A stretch of 63,998 nt of DNA, counting the filler, from Candidatus Hydrogenedentota bacterium (GTDB taxonomy: Bacteria; JBFMHD01): assembly GCA_040752395.1 (NCBI GenBank). It is 10 parts of 10 records of this genome, joined end to end, with 100 filler letters (N's around TTAATTAATTAA, not from the genome) between each part and the next. Parts side by side here need not be neighbours in the genome. Positions count along the whole stretch, not along the records: positions 13,860 to 20,529 come from JBFMHD010000152.1; positions 20,630 to 27,289 come from JBFMHD010000153.1; positions 27,390 to 33,993 come from JBFMHD010000154.1; 7 more parts are not named here. The stretch is one strand, 5' to 3'. The position numbers and the translations under genes were made by a program. The notes below the pieces were generated by a model. The model did not search any database, was not told where the DNA came from, and worked only from the letters and a program-made list of their open reading frames with translations. Numbering within the stretch: the first letter of the stretch is position 1; every line of letters begins with the position of its first letter. Of the stretch, positions 17,897-27,804 are shown one piece after another.

Positions 17897-19729
17897 CTAT
17901 TCTACAGTAACGCTTTTTGCGAGGTTGCGGGGCTGGTCTACCGGACAGTTGCGTAAAACTGCTGTGTAATATGCAAGAAGTTGTAACGGAATAACTGATA
18001 GTACAGGAATAAGCATAGGATGTATATCAGGGATATATATTACCTCTTCAGCTTTGCTCGATAGTTGAGTATCACCCTCTGTACCGATAGCTATAACTTT
18101 ACCCTTTCTTGAAACTACCTCTTCTATATTCGACCATATTTTATCATAAACCGCATCTTTTGTAGCTATAATCACAACAGGCATATTTTCATCTATTAAA
18201 GCTATGGGTCCGTGTTTCATTTCAGCTGCTGGATAACCTTCAGCATGGATGTAAGATATTTCTTTCATTTTAAGTGCGCCCTCTAAAGCTACTGGAAAAT
18301 TTACTCCGCGACCAAGATATAGAAAGTTATTAGCATTTTTAAATTTGCAAGCGATGCGTTTTATCTCCTCGGCTTTATTAAGAATATCTTTAATTTTATC
18401 AGGTAATGATAGTAACGCGTTAATAATCTCTTTGCCCTGATTTATACTCATAACCCTTGCTCTTGCAAACATAAGTGTCATAACAGCGAGCGCGCAAATC
18501 TGGGAGGTAAACGCTTTGGTTGATGCAACACCTATCTCGGGCCCCGCGTGGATATAAACGCCGCCATCAGACTCACGTGCTATAGTACTACCAACAACGT
18601 TACATATCCCGAGAACACGTGCACCTCTGGATTTAGCTTCACGTAATGCTGCTAAGGTATCAGCTGTCTCGCCTGACTGACTTATGCAGAAAACAATGGT
18701 ATCTTCAGGTATTAAAGGGTTTCTATATCTAAATTCAGATGCATACTCTACTTCAACAGGGATACGGGCGTATTCTTCAAGCATACATTCACCAACCATG
18801 GCTGCATGCCAGGATGTCCCACAAGCAACAAATATTATCCTCTTTATTTTATGTATAGCATCTTTATCCATATTTAAACCATTTAGCCTGCCATCGCCCT
18901 CTTTTGGTTTTAACCTGCCTCTATAAGCATCCTGTATGGTTAATGGTTGTTCGAAGATCTCTTTTAACATAAAATGGTCATAACCACATTTTTCTATCTG
19001 TTCTATACTCCATGTTACTTCCTGCACTTCTTTTAATACTTCTTCTTTAAATAATGTGGTTATTCTGTAATCAGTTGGTGTAATAATAGCCATTTCTTTA
19101 TCATCAAGATAGATGACCTGTTTAGTATGAGTTATGATGGAAACAACATCACTTGCAATAAACATCTCCTTTTCACCGATACCTAAAATAAGCGGGCTGC
19201 CATTACGTACAGCTACTATTTTATTATTTTCTTTAATACTTAAGATTGCCAGTCCATAAGCGCCCTCAACCAGGGCAAGCGCCTTTGCCACGGCATCCTC
19301 GAGCACGCCATTATAATATTTTTCTATCAAATGAGCTATAACCTCAGTGTCGGTCTGAGATTTAAATTTGTGTCCCTCTTTTTCAAGTATCTCTTTTAAC
19401 GCACGATAATTCTCGATTATTCCGTTATGAACAACAAATATCTCATTCTTACAATCAGAATGAGGATGCGCATTAATCTCTGTTGGTTCGCCGTGTGTCG
19501 CCCAACGCGTATGCGCGATACCACAGGTGTATTTGTTTTTTATTAATGGATGACATTTTTTTTCTAATTCTTTAACTTTGCCGGAAATTTTTACAGTCGT
19601 CTGATTATCCTTTTTATCAAGTACAGTCAGACCCGCAGAATCATAACCCCGGTACTCCATCCTCTTTAAACCATCAATTAATATATCAATAACTAATTTG
19701 TTACCGATATAACCTATAATACCGCACAT
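17897..19729 (-). CDS. glmS: glutamine--fructose-6-phosphate transaminase
   Basis: MCGI, EYRGYDSAG, HTRWATHG, SQSGETADT, PRNLAKSVTVE. Confidence 0.98.
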   Translation of the reverse strand: MCGIIGYIGNKLVIDILIDGLKRMEYRGYDSAGLTVLDKKDNQTTVKISGKVKELEKKCHPLIKNKYTCGIAHTRWATHGEPTEINAHPHSDCKNEIFVVHNGIIENYRALKEILEKEGHKFKSQTDTEVIAHLIEKYYNGVLEDAVAKALALVEGAYGLAILSIKENNKIVAVRNGSPLILGIGEKEMFIASDVVSIITHTKQVIYLDDKEMAIITPTDYRITTLFKEEVLKEVQEVTWSIEQIEKCGYDHFMLKEIFEQPLTIQDAYRGRLKPKEGDGRLNGLNMDKDAIHKIKRIIFVACGTSWHAAMVGECMLEEYARIPVEVEYASEFRYRNPLIPEDTIVFCISQSGETADTLAALREAKSRGARVLGICNVVGSTIARESDGGVYIHAGPEIGVASTKAFTSQICALAVMTLMFARARVMSINQGKEIINALLSLPDKIKDILNKAEEIKRIACKFKNANNFLYLGRGVNFPVALEGALKMKEISYIHAEGYPAAEMKHGPIALIDENMPVVIIATKDAVYDKIWSNIEEVVSRKGKVIAIGTEGDTQLSSKAEEVIYIPDIHPMLIPVLSVIPLQLLAYYTAVLRNCPVDQPRNLAKSVTVE

Positions 19730-19735
19730 AGAACG

Positions 19736-19905
19736 CTCCTACGAAAAGTCTTGAGTCTTGAGTCGTCAGTCTTCTTTTGATTCTCGACTCTTTGACTTGT
19801 AGACTTATCTTAGACTAACGACTGTTTTCATATCATCTCCTCTACGCTTTTCCGTCTCTTGCCTCTTACTTCTTTCGTTATCTTGCCTCTACATATCATC
19901 TTCTA
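19736..19905 (-). repeat. diverged modular repeat ending in the SD of glmS
   Basis: Reverse complement GATGATATG...GCAAGATAACG...GACTCAAGACTCAAGACTTTTCGTAGGAG-CGTTCT-ATG. Confidence 0.8.
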
Positions 19906-20037
19906 CGAAGTAAAACTATACTATAATATATTATACTAAACTTCAAGAAAAAATTATCGTATTTGTAATGCCGTATTTTTTCACACGTTCTGAGGGAATA
20001 CTTTTTTATGAATTTTTATCTTGTATTTTCTGCTTAA

Positions 20038-20184
20038 CTATAGTAAATTAATATTTTTATAATAATTTCCTTCGTATACTATAATTTCATCACCAGATTG
20101 GGCTTCAGATATAGCTTTTTTTATCGTCAAAAACGCCTGGTCAAAGTCTTTTGGCTCAATTACTGAAACTGAACACTTAAACAT
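20038..20184 (-). pseudogene. 48-aa fragment resembling the N-terminus of parallel beta-helix proteins
   Basis: AFLTIKKAISEAQSGDEIIVYEGNYYKNINL. Confidence 0.45.
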
Positions 20185-20210
20185 TTTTCTTATCCTTCAA
20201 TAAAAAATTC

Positions 20211-20369
20211 ATAATTAAGGATTTAAAAAAGAACCAGAAGATCAGCAGACAGGAGTTGAAAAAAGTCATAGGTGGAAACATCGGGACTTACCTTAGTGGG
20301 ACCCTGGGCGGCATAAAGAATCCTGCTCCTGAGAGAGGGATTATTATAACAGTACCTGATCCGACATAA
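20211..20369 (+). pseudogene. double-glycine-leader-like peptide lacking a canonical start
   Basis: IIKDLKKNQKISRQELKKVIGG-NIGTYLSGTLGGIKNPAPERGIIITVPDPT*; hairpin follows at about 20387-20414. Confidence 0.45.
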
Positions 20370-20630
20370 AAAGAATGTGACTCTCCTGTCGGCTGCCTGG
20401 CACAGCAACCGACACTTGTTTTTGATTATCGTACCTGCCTTCGACTTAAGACGATGACCATCTTCTCCAAGTTATCGATGGTAACCTGATTTAGGCAGGA
20501 CATTCGGCACTATCACTGCCCGCAACAGTNNNNNNNNNNNNNNNNNNNNNNNNNNNNNNNNNNNNNNNNNNNNTTAATTAATTAANNNNNNNNNNNNNNN
20601 NNNNNNNNNNNNNNNNNNNNNNNNNNNNNG

Positions 20631-20807
20631 CTAAAATGTGCTGAAAAAATCGAAGCAGGTGGCGTCTTAATAAATGAGATACCCACTTTCAGGGTCGATA
20701 ATATGCCGTATGGCGGCACAAAGGGTAGCGGGCTTGGCAGAGAAGGACCAGAATTCGCTATAAAAGAGATGACTGAAGAAAAACTCATCATCTTTGACCA
20801 GATTTAA
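20631..20807 (+). CDS. aldehyde dehydrogenase, C-terminal end (5' truncated)
   Basis: [33 protein letters not shown]. Confidence 0.9.
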   Translation, partial: LKCAEKIEAGGVLINEIPTFRVDNMPYGGTKGSGLGREGPEFAIKEMTEEKLIIFDQI

Positions 20808-20809
20808 CC

Positions 20810-20997
20810 TCTCTCTTCTTACTTATTACTTTTTCATAGGAGTCGTCATAAGCGCGGTTTGCACTCTACACAATATATGAAAAACTAAAGATGATATGTT
20901 GGCTTCAGGCTCCGGGCTTCGGACTCCAGCCGGCTGTAGTCCGTAGCCCGTAGCCTGTACCCCGAATTATTAGAGTTACAGCGTTTTTCGAAGGAGT
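20810..20997 (+). repeat. modular repeat copy
   Basis: GCACTCTACAC, TATGAAAAACTAAAGATGATATG, CAGCCGGCTG hairpin, TTATTAGAGTTACAGCGTTTTTCGAAGGAG. Confidence 0.9.
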
Positions 20998-21016
20998 CGT
21001 TAGATATTACTACTTT

Positions 21017-22162
21017 ATGAATACGGCGAATCCCATAAGAAAGATAGCTGAAAGAACGCTTATATGTTTTATCACAATCCTTTTATGCCTTATTCTGTGT
21101 GAATTATTTTTAAGAAAATTTTTTCCGCAACTAAAATATGATTATCCCCCGGGTGCTTTTATATCAAACCTTGAAAGGGGTTATGAATACAAACCTGACT
21201 ACACAGGAACCATCCATAGCCCTGATTATGAAATTACATTTTATATAGATAAATATGGTTTCAGAAATTACCCGAATACTCAATCCTCATTTACAAAGAC
21301 ATCTGTAATCCTCGGACTTGGTGATTCACTCACATTTGGGAAAGGCGTACGATTTGAAGAAACATATCTATCGATTATCTCACAATCTCTTAACGTGCCG
21401 GTTATTAATGCAGCAGTTGATGGTTACGGTTTATCTGAAGAACTTTTATTACTGAAAGATAAGATTGATTTAGTAAACCCTTCATTAATACTTGTCGGTC
21501 TCACTCTTGAGAATGATTTTGATGATATTTTAAGAAAAAAAAGGGTCGTTCAATACGGTGTGTTGTTTGAAGGTGAAGACGTTGAAAACCTTGAAACGAA
21601 AAATATCTTTGTCAAGACTCTCGACAGAATAAAAATGTTTTTCTCGCTACATAGTGACCTGTATCATTTATTCAAAAAATTTGTTAAATCAAATAAAACA
21701 TTCCAGAATATCCTGATAAAACTTGGGGCTCTTATAAAACCAAGAGAAGTCGATGATATACCGCTGTCACATAGAATATTATTCTCTATCAGCGATGATA
21801 AAACTAATTTAGCATTAAAAAAAGTTGATAATATCGTATCAGAATTTAAAAATATCTCGGATGAGAATAAAAGTAATCTGTTGTTCGTTCTTTTGCCGTC
21901 AATTGTGCAGTACAACAGGAAATTAGTTTTATCTTACTATAACAGAGAGCTTTGCTATCATATCCCTGATACGCTAATTAGTATTTTTCAAAAACATAAT
22001 GTCCCGTATCTTGACCTCTCACCTTTTTTTAGAGAAGCTTTTAATAATGATATCCAATTTACTTTTCAAACCGATAAGCACTGGAACCAGAAGGGTCACC
22101 AGATCGCAGGCGAGGCTATATCTCTATTCATAAACCAGAATTATTCGTATCTTGTAAGATAA
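21017..22162 (+). CDS. membrane-anchored SGNH/GDSL hydrolase family protein (AlgX/AlgJ-like)
   Basis: LGDSLTFG, NAAVDGYG, END, DKHWNQKGH. Confidence 0.85.
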   Translation: MNTANPIRKIAERTLICFITILLCLILCELFLRKFFPQLKYDYPPGAFISNLERGYEYKPDYTGTIHSPDYEITFYIDKYGFRNYPNTQSSFTKTSVILGLGDSLTFGKGVRFEETYLSIISQSLNVPVINAAVDGYGLSEELLLLKDKIDLVNPSLILVGLTLENDFDDILRKKRVVQYGVLFEGEDVENLETKNIFVKTLDRIKMFFSLHSDLYHLFKKFVKSNKTFQNILIKLGALIKPREVDDIPLSHRILFSISDDKTNLALKKVDNIVSEFKNISDENKSNLLFVLLPSIVQYNRKLVLSYYNRELCYHIPDTLISIFQKHNVPYLDLSPFFREAFNNDIQFTFQTDKHWNQKGHQIAGEAISLFINQNYSYLVR

Positions 22163-22785
22163 CCTTTTTTTGACCAGTATTGAATATTCTTTCGATATGA
22201 ATCTTTGTAAACATTAATAATATCAGTAGCATTATTCAGAGGTATTCTAAACTGCTGCTCAATATTTCTATATAAATTATCCCTGTGTATCTCAATCATC
22301 TTCTCAAACGAGGTATCCTGATTTACTCTTATATTTATCATTTGTAGTGGAAAATTAGATAATAATCCAGGCTTTGTATTCACAGTATTTAAAATAACCC
22401 CTTCTTTACTGATAGTTACCATCTCAACAGAGGTGTTAATAGTTTCTTTTGTTTTTGTTTTTATTATAGCACAGCCGATATATGGTTTTAATAACATCAA
22501 TCCGCAACAGGTCTCATACGGCCCACCCTTAACCTCATATTGCCCAAGCCAGATAAACCCTATTTTCTCAAGTTCATTCTTTCTTACTTCTATCTCTGAT
22601 AAAATTTCATAGGATTGGTGTATAAACTCAAGTTCTTCGTAAAAGACCTCTTTTAATCTTAATGGAATATGAAAAATTTTAAGTAAAAGTAATAAAGGAG
22701 AGACTAAAATAAAGATAAAAACATTACATAATTTTATTATATTTGTAACCGGTAATTTAGTTAAGCTCAATCTATAATAAGCCAT
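22141..22785 (-). CDS. hypothetical protein
   Basis: 214-aa ORF with N-terminal hydrophobic segment. Confidence 0.6.
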   Translation of the reverse strand: MAYYRLSLTKLPVTNIIKLCNVFIFILVSPLLLLLKIFHIPLRLKEVFYEELEFIHQSYEILSEIEVRKNELEKIGFIWLGQYEVKGGPYETCCGLMLLKPYIGCAIIKTKTKETINTSVEMVTISKEGVILNTVNTKPGLLSNFPLQMINIRVNQDTSFEKMIEIHRDNLYRNIEQQFRIPLNNATDIINVYKDSYRKNIQYWSKKGYLTRYE

Positions 22786-22869
22786 TGTTCTATTATTTAA
22801 TGTTTTCTATGTTTTTTATCAAGTTTTTTATTGATAAAAATAGATTTTAATTTTATTATATTTTTATAT

Positions 22870-24039
22870 ATGGCGATTATAGTTTTAAGAAATCTGAAAC
22901 GAAACCTTGCAAAAGCAAGAAAAGAACCGCTTCCGGCGCTTATAATGTTATACCAGCGATTTAGATGTTATATAGCATATAATTTTTTTACAGATGGTTA
23001 TTCTTTCCCACCTGAAACTATATCGCTCTTTTTGACTTATAAATGTAATCTCCGCTGTAATATGTGCGGTCAGTGGGGCATAAGTGGGGCTTTCAAAGAC
23101 CTTAACGGTAAAACTTTAGCACTTGACCTTGATTTTAATCTTATTCGGAAATTGATTAGCGAAGTAAAACAATTCAAACCTGTGATAACATTATTCGGAG
23201 GCGAACCCTTGCTTCATCCTGAATTCGTCAGTATTCTACGTCTTATTAAAAATAATAATTTGAGATGTAATATAGTAACTAATGGGACACTTTTTCATCA
23301 ATTTGCAAGCGATATAGTTGAACTCGAAATGGATGAAATTATCATATCGCTTGATGGTCCTAAGGAGATACATAATAAGATACGTGGCGATGTATTCGAT
23401 AAAATCATCAGCGGGTTAAAAGAGATAAACGCTCTAAAAAAACAGCTTAATAAAATTAAACCTGTTATAAACATTAATACTACAATTACAGAAGAGAATT
23501 ACAAACATCTTGATTCTTTAATAGAAACAGCTGATGAAATCAATGTTAACACACTTACGTTTCATCATCTCCTTTTTCTTCTCAATAACGCAGTTTCAGA
23601 TTTTGAAGAATATTTTTATAATACATTCGCTTATAGACCCGTTGAATGGAGAGGATTTGTAAAAGAGAAATTACCAGAAATCGACACCGCAAAACTTATA
23701 GAAACACTGAATAAGGCACTTAGTAAAAAATCAGCGGTTAACTGTTTTGTTTATCCGAACTTTACTGAGTCTGAGATACATTCATATTACAAAGACAAAG
23801 ATTTTAATAGTAAGACTTACAAAATGAGATGTCTTTCACCGTGGATGGTTGCTTATATTTTTCCTGATGGAAGCATCCGGGCATATCACACTATGGACTA
23901 TATAATGGGGAATATAAATAGTGATAGTTTTTTAAACATCTGGAACAGTGCAAAATATAGGAATTATAGAAAGATTATAAAAAATATTGGCTGTTTCAGT
24001 ATCTGCAAACGCGGGTGTACTGAATTGTACAGATACTGA
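22870..24039 (+). CDS. radical SAM/SPASM domain protein
   Basis: CNLRCNMC, GGEPLL, TNG, ISLDG, C-terminal CLSPW...C..C...C; ATG 22870 preferred to TTG 22831. Confidence 0.9.
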   Translation: MAIIVLRNLKRNLAKARKEPLPALIMLYQRFRCYIAYNFFTDGYSFPPETISLFLTYKCNLRCNMCGQWGISGAFKDLNGKTLALDLDFNLIRKLISEVKQFKPVITLFGGEPLLHPEFVSILRLIKNNNLRCNIVTNGTLFHQFASDIVELEMDEIIISLDGPKEIHNKIRGDVFDKIISGLKEINALKKQLNKIKPVININTTITEENYKHLDSLIETADEINVNTLTFHHLLFLLNNAVSDFEEYFYNTFAYRPVEWRGFVKEKLPEIDTAKLIETLNKALSKKSAVNCFVYPNFTESEIHSYYKDKDFNSKTYKMRCLSPWMVAYIFPDGSIRAYHTMDYIMGNINSDSFLNIWNSAKYRNYRKIIKNIGCFSICKRGCTELYRY

Positions 24040-24266
24040 TTACAGCTTATTTAGCATCTCTATATCTTTCATCAGCCAGGCGAGCTTGCGTTTTACTTCC
24101 TCATTATATATAAAAAATGCACAATGTACCTGTAAAAGACCTTCACCAATTTTATTTACNNNNNNNNNNNNNNNNNNNNNNNNNNNNNNNNNNNNNNNNN
24201 NNNNNNNNNNNNNNNNNNNNNNNNNNNNNNNNNNNNNNNNNNNNNNNNNNNNNNNNNNNATACTGA

Positions 24267-25319
24267 TTACAGCTTATTTAGCATCTCTATATCTTTCATC
24301 AGCCAGGCGAGCTTGCGTTTTACTTCCTCATTATATATAAAAAATGCACAATGTACCTGTAAAAGACCTTCACCAATTTTATTTACCCTCACCACTTTTG
24401 ATAAGAGTCTCGCAGGTTGTGTAGGCCTCTCATCCTGTATCTCAATCCCGAGTATATCGTTTTCGTTTATAGTATCATTTCTTACCATCATACTTATACC
24501 TGAATAACTCAAGTTTTCACTAACTGCGGCCCTTATTTGAGATGATTTTCCAAGGTTTAATACTGAGTATCTTACAGTCAGGTTTAATTCTACCCTTTTA
24601 TGTATTCTTCTTGGTATAATCTCGACAATAGGTGGAACCTCAATATAAAGGTATCCTTTTTCTCTGTTCACTGATGCGGGAATAAATTCAACATTGTTTT
24701 CAGGCAGCAGTATCTTGATCTTCAAACCCACGAGTGTCCTGTTCGATACAAGACCTCCTTGATGTTCAATACATATTATTTCAGGTACCTCTTTTCCCTG
24801 AACTTTAAGTTTCTCTGATATACCACCGCTTAAAAATATCTCGACTGTATTAAAATCCTCATCAAAAAGATATTGTCTTGGTTTTCGCTCGATTTTATCT
24901 TTTACTTCTTTATCGCATTGATAAACCATCAGGTTATCTTCAACATTGTCTCTGCGATATGGATTTTTACGTTTCATCCCTGATACTGCCTGGTGCGCTG
25001 TTTCATAGATATGAAAATAAGGTATCATCCCTATAACTTTCACAATCTTTAGTAAATTCTCATTTAAACTACACAGTTTTATATCTTTATCAAACTTTCT
25101 TAAATTGTCACACGTGGTATAAATAAATCCAAGCGCAATAGAATCTATAAGCTTTACATTTTTAAAATCAAAAACATAATCACCATATCCTTTTTTTATA
25201 AGTTCATTTAATGTAGCTCTTAGATTTTCAAGAGTGGTCATAACAAAATCACCTTTAAATCTTAAGACAGGTATATTATTTATCATATCAACTTTTATAC
25301 TTAAAATATTATCATTCAT
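24267..25319 (-). CDS. STAS domain plus PilZ domain protein
   Basis: N-terminal DFKNVKLIDSIALG (STAS); C-terminal RRIHKRV and NLSYSG (PilZ motifs). Confidence 0.8.
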   Translation of the reverse strand: MNDNILSIKVDMINNIPVLRFKGDFVMTTLENLRATLNELIKKGYGDYVFDFKNVKLIDSIALGFIYTTCDNLRKFDKDIKLCSLNENLLKIVKVIGMIPYFHIYETAHQAVSGMKRKNPYRRDNVEDNLMVYQCDKEVKDKIERKPRQYLFDEDFNTVEIFLSGGISEKLKVQGKEVPEIICIEHQGGLVSNRTLVGLKIKILLPENNVEFIPASVNREKGYLYIEVPPIVEIIPRRIHKRVELNLTVRYSVLNLGKSSQIRAAVSENLSYSGISMMVRNDTINENDILGIEIQDERPTQPARLLSKVVRVNKIGEGLLQVHCAFFIYNEEVKRKLAWLMKDIEMLNKL

Positions 25320-25420
25320 TATATCTTCTCTTACTTACTCCTTTGGTATCTCCTCTGAACGTGTGAAATAATCATCATTAATTCGGTGGAGTTCCTTCAT
25401 CTTGCTTCTTGCCTCTTTCG

Positions 25421-26035
25421 TTATCTTGCTTCTATTTCACTTCCCACTTCTTCACCACCTATAACTTGAGAGATTACCTCCCTGGTTCTATAATATGGCC
25501 ACCCATTGTTTATAGCATTTTCAAGCCATCTTATAAATTCATCGGGATTAATTAATTTTTCTTTATATTCTTTCCAGTTTTTTAAACACTCTTTATGATA
25601 CTCGTACTCTATTGTATAATTATAATACAATTCTTCAATATTACCAAAATCTGTTTCTTCTTTTCCATAATCACCTTTACAAATACTATGTTTTATAACA
25701 TTATACTCAAGTATATTATCATTATTCCATCTTAAATCAAGGGGATAAAGTTTGCAGATAGGTGGTTTATAATTATGAATAGAACATTTATTATCTTTTA
25801 AAAATATACAACCTTCTTCTGTTTTCTTAAAACCTATAAGATATCTGCCTTGTTCTGTGACAAGGTAAAGGTCATCTGATACGTCTTTTGTAGCACCCTC
25901 TTTATAAAATTCTACAAATTCTGAGGGTCGTATCCCTGTATTATGCATTATTTTAGCAATATCATAGATTGTCAAAATCGCTGTGTAATATCTGCAGCAC
26001 TCACCACAATTTTTACACTTGAATTTTATTAGCAT
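25421..26035 (-). CDS. YkgJ family cysteine cluster protein
   Basis: CKNCGECC, CIFL...CSIHNYKPPICKLYP. Confidence 0.88.
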   Translation of the reverse strand: MLIKFKCKNCGECCRYYTAILTIYDIAKIMHNTGIRPSEFVEFYKEGATKDVSDDLYLVTEQGRYLIGFKKTEEGCIFLKDNKCSIHNYKPPICKLYPLDLRWNNDNILEYNVIKHSICKGDYGKEETDFGNIEELYYNYTIEYEYHKECLKNWKEYKEKLINPDEFIRWLENAINNGWPYYRTREVISQVIGGEEVGSEIEAR

Positions 26036-26161
26036 GGTTATATATTATATACATTATTTGATATTTTCCAAGTAAAATGTAATGCCCTGGTATTAAATTT
26101 TCGGTTATCGATTTTCCGTTTTCTTGCTTCTTGCTTCTTGAATGATGGAGTAGCTGATATT

Positions 26162-27067
26162 ATGATTTATCCGGTATATTTAACGTTGTCTGATACTGAT
26201 TGGAAAAATAAAATTGAGTGGTTTAATAATAATCTATCTAACTGTACCCTCTGTCCACGTGAGTGTAAAGCAAACCGTTTAAAAAATGAGAAAGGGTACT
26301 GTAGAACCGGAAAGAATGTTATAGTCTCAAGTGCTATGCCGCATTTTGGTGAAGAAAGAGTTCTTGTTGGTAGATTCGGCTCAGGTACTGTTTTTTTTAG
26401 TGGCTGTAACCTGAGATGCATCTTCTGTCAGAATTATGATATAAGCCAGCAGTTATACGGTAAGATTGTTACTAATAAAGAATTAACCGATATATTTTTG
26501 TATGTCCAATCATTGAACTGTCATAACCTTAATCTTGTTTCACCCACCCATTGCATAGCTCAAATAATTGAGGCTTTGTATTCTGCTATAAAAAAAGGCT
26601 TTAAATTACCTATCGTTTATAATTCAGGCGGTTATGATTCTATAGAAACATTAAAACGTCTTGATGGTATTATTGATATATATATGCCTGATATGAAATA
26701 CAGTGATCCTTCGCTTTCATTTAAATATTCTGATGTACCTAATTATCCTGAAATAAATAGAGAAGCCAGTATAGAGATGCAGCGCCAGGTTGGAGACCTT
26801 GTTATTGAAAATGGTATTGCAAAACATGGCCTTTTAATCCGACATTTAGTGCTTCCCCACTCGTTTGAAAATTCTAAAGCTGTTCTCGATTTTATAAAAG
26901 AAAGAATATCTGTAAATGCATATATCAATATTATGGATCAATATCATCCTTGCTATAAGGCTGATGAATACAAAGAGCTCTCAAGGGGTCTCTTATCTTA
27001 TGAATACGATGAAGTATTAAATTATGCACATAAGCTCGGTTTTAAAAGAATAGATGGTTTATTTTAA
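26162..27067 (+). CDS. PflX-like radical SAM protein
   Basis: CTLCPREC, HFGEE, GSGTVFFSGCNLRCIFCQN, IYMPDMKY, RHLVLP. Confidence 0.9.
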   Translation: MIYPVYLTLSDTDWKNKIEWFNNNLSNCTLCPRECKANRLKNEKGYCRTGKNVIVSSAMPHFGEERVLVGRFGSGTVFFSGCNLRCIFCQNYDISQQLYGKIVTNKELTDIFLYVQSLNCHNLNLVSPTHCIAQIIEALYSAIKKGFKLPIVYNSGGYDSIETLKRLDGIIDIYMPDMKYSDPSLSFKYSDVPNYPEINREASIEMQRQVGDLVIENGIAKHGLLIRHLVLPHSFENSKAVLDFIKERISVNAYINIMDQYHPCYKADEYKELSRGLLSYEYDEVLNYAHKLGFKRIDGLF

Positions 27068-27225
27068 GTATTAAGTAATCGACGGGCTTCTTTAATCTCG
27101 GTTCGCGACCAGTTCTCTTCAAAATCTATTATCTCACCTGTATTTACATCAATTACAAGTTTAGCATTTTTGTTATTCTCTTTTATTATTACTGCCCTAT
27201 TTTTATCTCTTTTGATAATCTCCAT
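27064..27225 (-). CDS. small hypothetical protein (53 aa)
   Basis: MEIIKRDKNRAVIIKENNKNAKLVIDVNTGEIIDFEENWSRTEIKEARRLLNT; AGGAG 7 nt upstream; below ORF-track cutoff. Confidence 0.6.
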   Translation of the reverse strand: MEIIKRDKNRAVIIKENNKNAKLVIDVNTGEIIDFEENWSRTEIKEARRLLNT

Positions 27226-27231
27226 AGATAG

Positions 27232-27289
27232 TCTCCTATGAAAAGTCTTGAGTCTTAAGTCCTGTTTTGACTCACGACTTGCGACTTGT
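27232..27289 (-). repeat. modular repeat (GAGTC/GACTC hairpin) at contig end
   Basis: Reverse complement CAAGTCGTGAGTCAAAACAGGACTTAAGACTCAAGACTTTTCATAGGAG. Confidence 0.85.
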
Positions 27290-27389
27290 NNNNNNNNNNN
27301 NNNNNNNNNNNNNNNNNNNNNNNNNNNNNNNNNTTAATTAATTAANNNNNNNNNNNNNNNNNNNNNNNNNNNNNNNNNNNNNNNNNNNN

Positions 27390-27593
27390 TGGATATAATG
27401 GTGCTCGAAAAAAAGGTGGTTTTGATAATGGGTGGCCTTCAAAAAAGTTCAACGCCAACTCTGTATGGATTTTCGCATCCATAATAGGATGATAAAATAA
27501 AGGGTTATTTCTACTCTGGTCAGTAATATAATTAAGTCTTATAAATAAACCGAGCCCTATTATTATAGCAAACAAAAGACGAGTAAATCTCAT
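27390..27593 (-). CDS. membrane protein N-terminus, GT39/PMT-like (3' truncated)
   Basis: LFIRLNY...PIMDAKIH...PFFRAPLYP. Confidence 0.6.
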
Positions 27594-27804
27594 ATAAATA
27601 TATTCTCTAAAAAAGTCATTTTCAAGTGTTCTATACATCTTTGTGCCTCTGTTCCTTTGTCACTTTGTGCTTTACGAACAGTTTTTTTTCAGAGACCTTA
27701 TATAATTATATTGACAATGAATTGTTTTTGCAATATTTAAAGGGCGATAGGTTTTCGGTGGTCGGTTCACCGATAACCTAAAACCCAAAACCTATAACCG
27801 AATA

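Noticed and set aside
16891-19729. S8 peptidase next to glmS as a defence or toxin module
   Set aside because: Looks like an ordinary intracellular subtilase with no partner ATPase or other supporting context.
19730-19960. glmS ribozyme expected upstream of glmS
   Set aside because: No AGCGCC...GACGAGG core; the leader is occupied by the modular repeat.
20223-20529. Group II intron, tmRNA or riboswitch in the GC-richer patch
   Set aside because: No recognisable GUGYG start, domain V, tRNA-like ends or aptamer core by eye; an Rfam scan would be needed to exclude fully.
24034-24387. Exact ~126-nt direct repeat either side of a 100-N gap (24160-24259)
   Set aside because: Unmerged scaffold overlap duplicating the 3' end of the STAS-PilZ gene.
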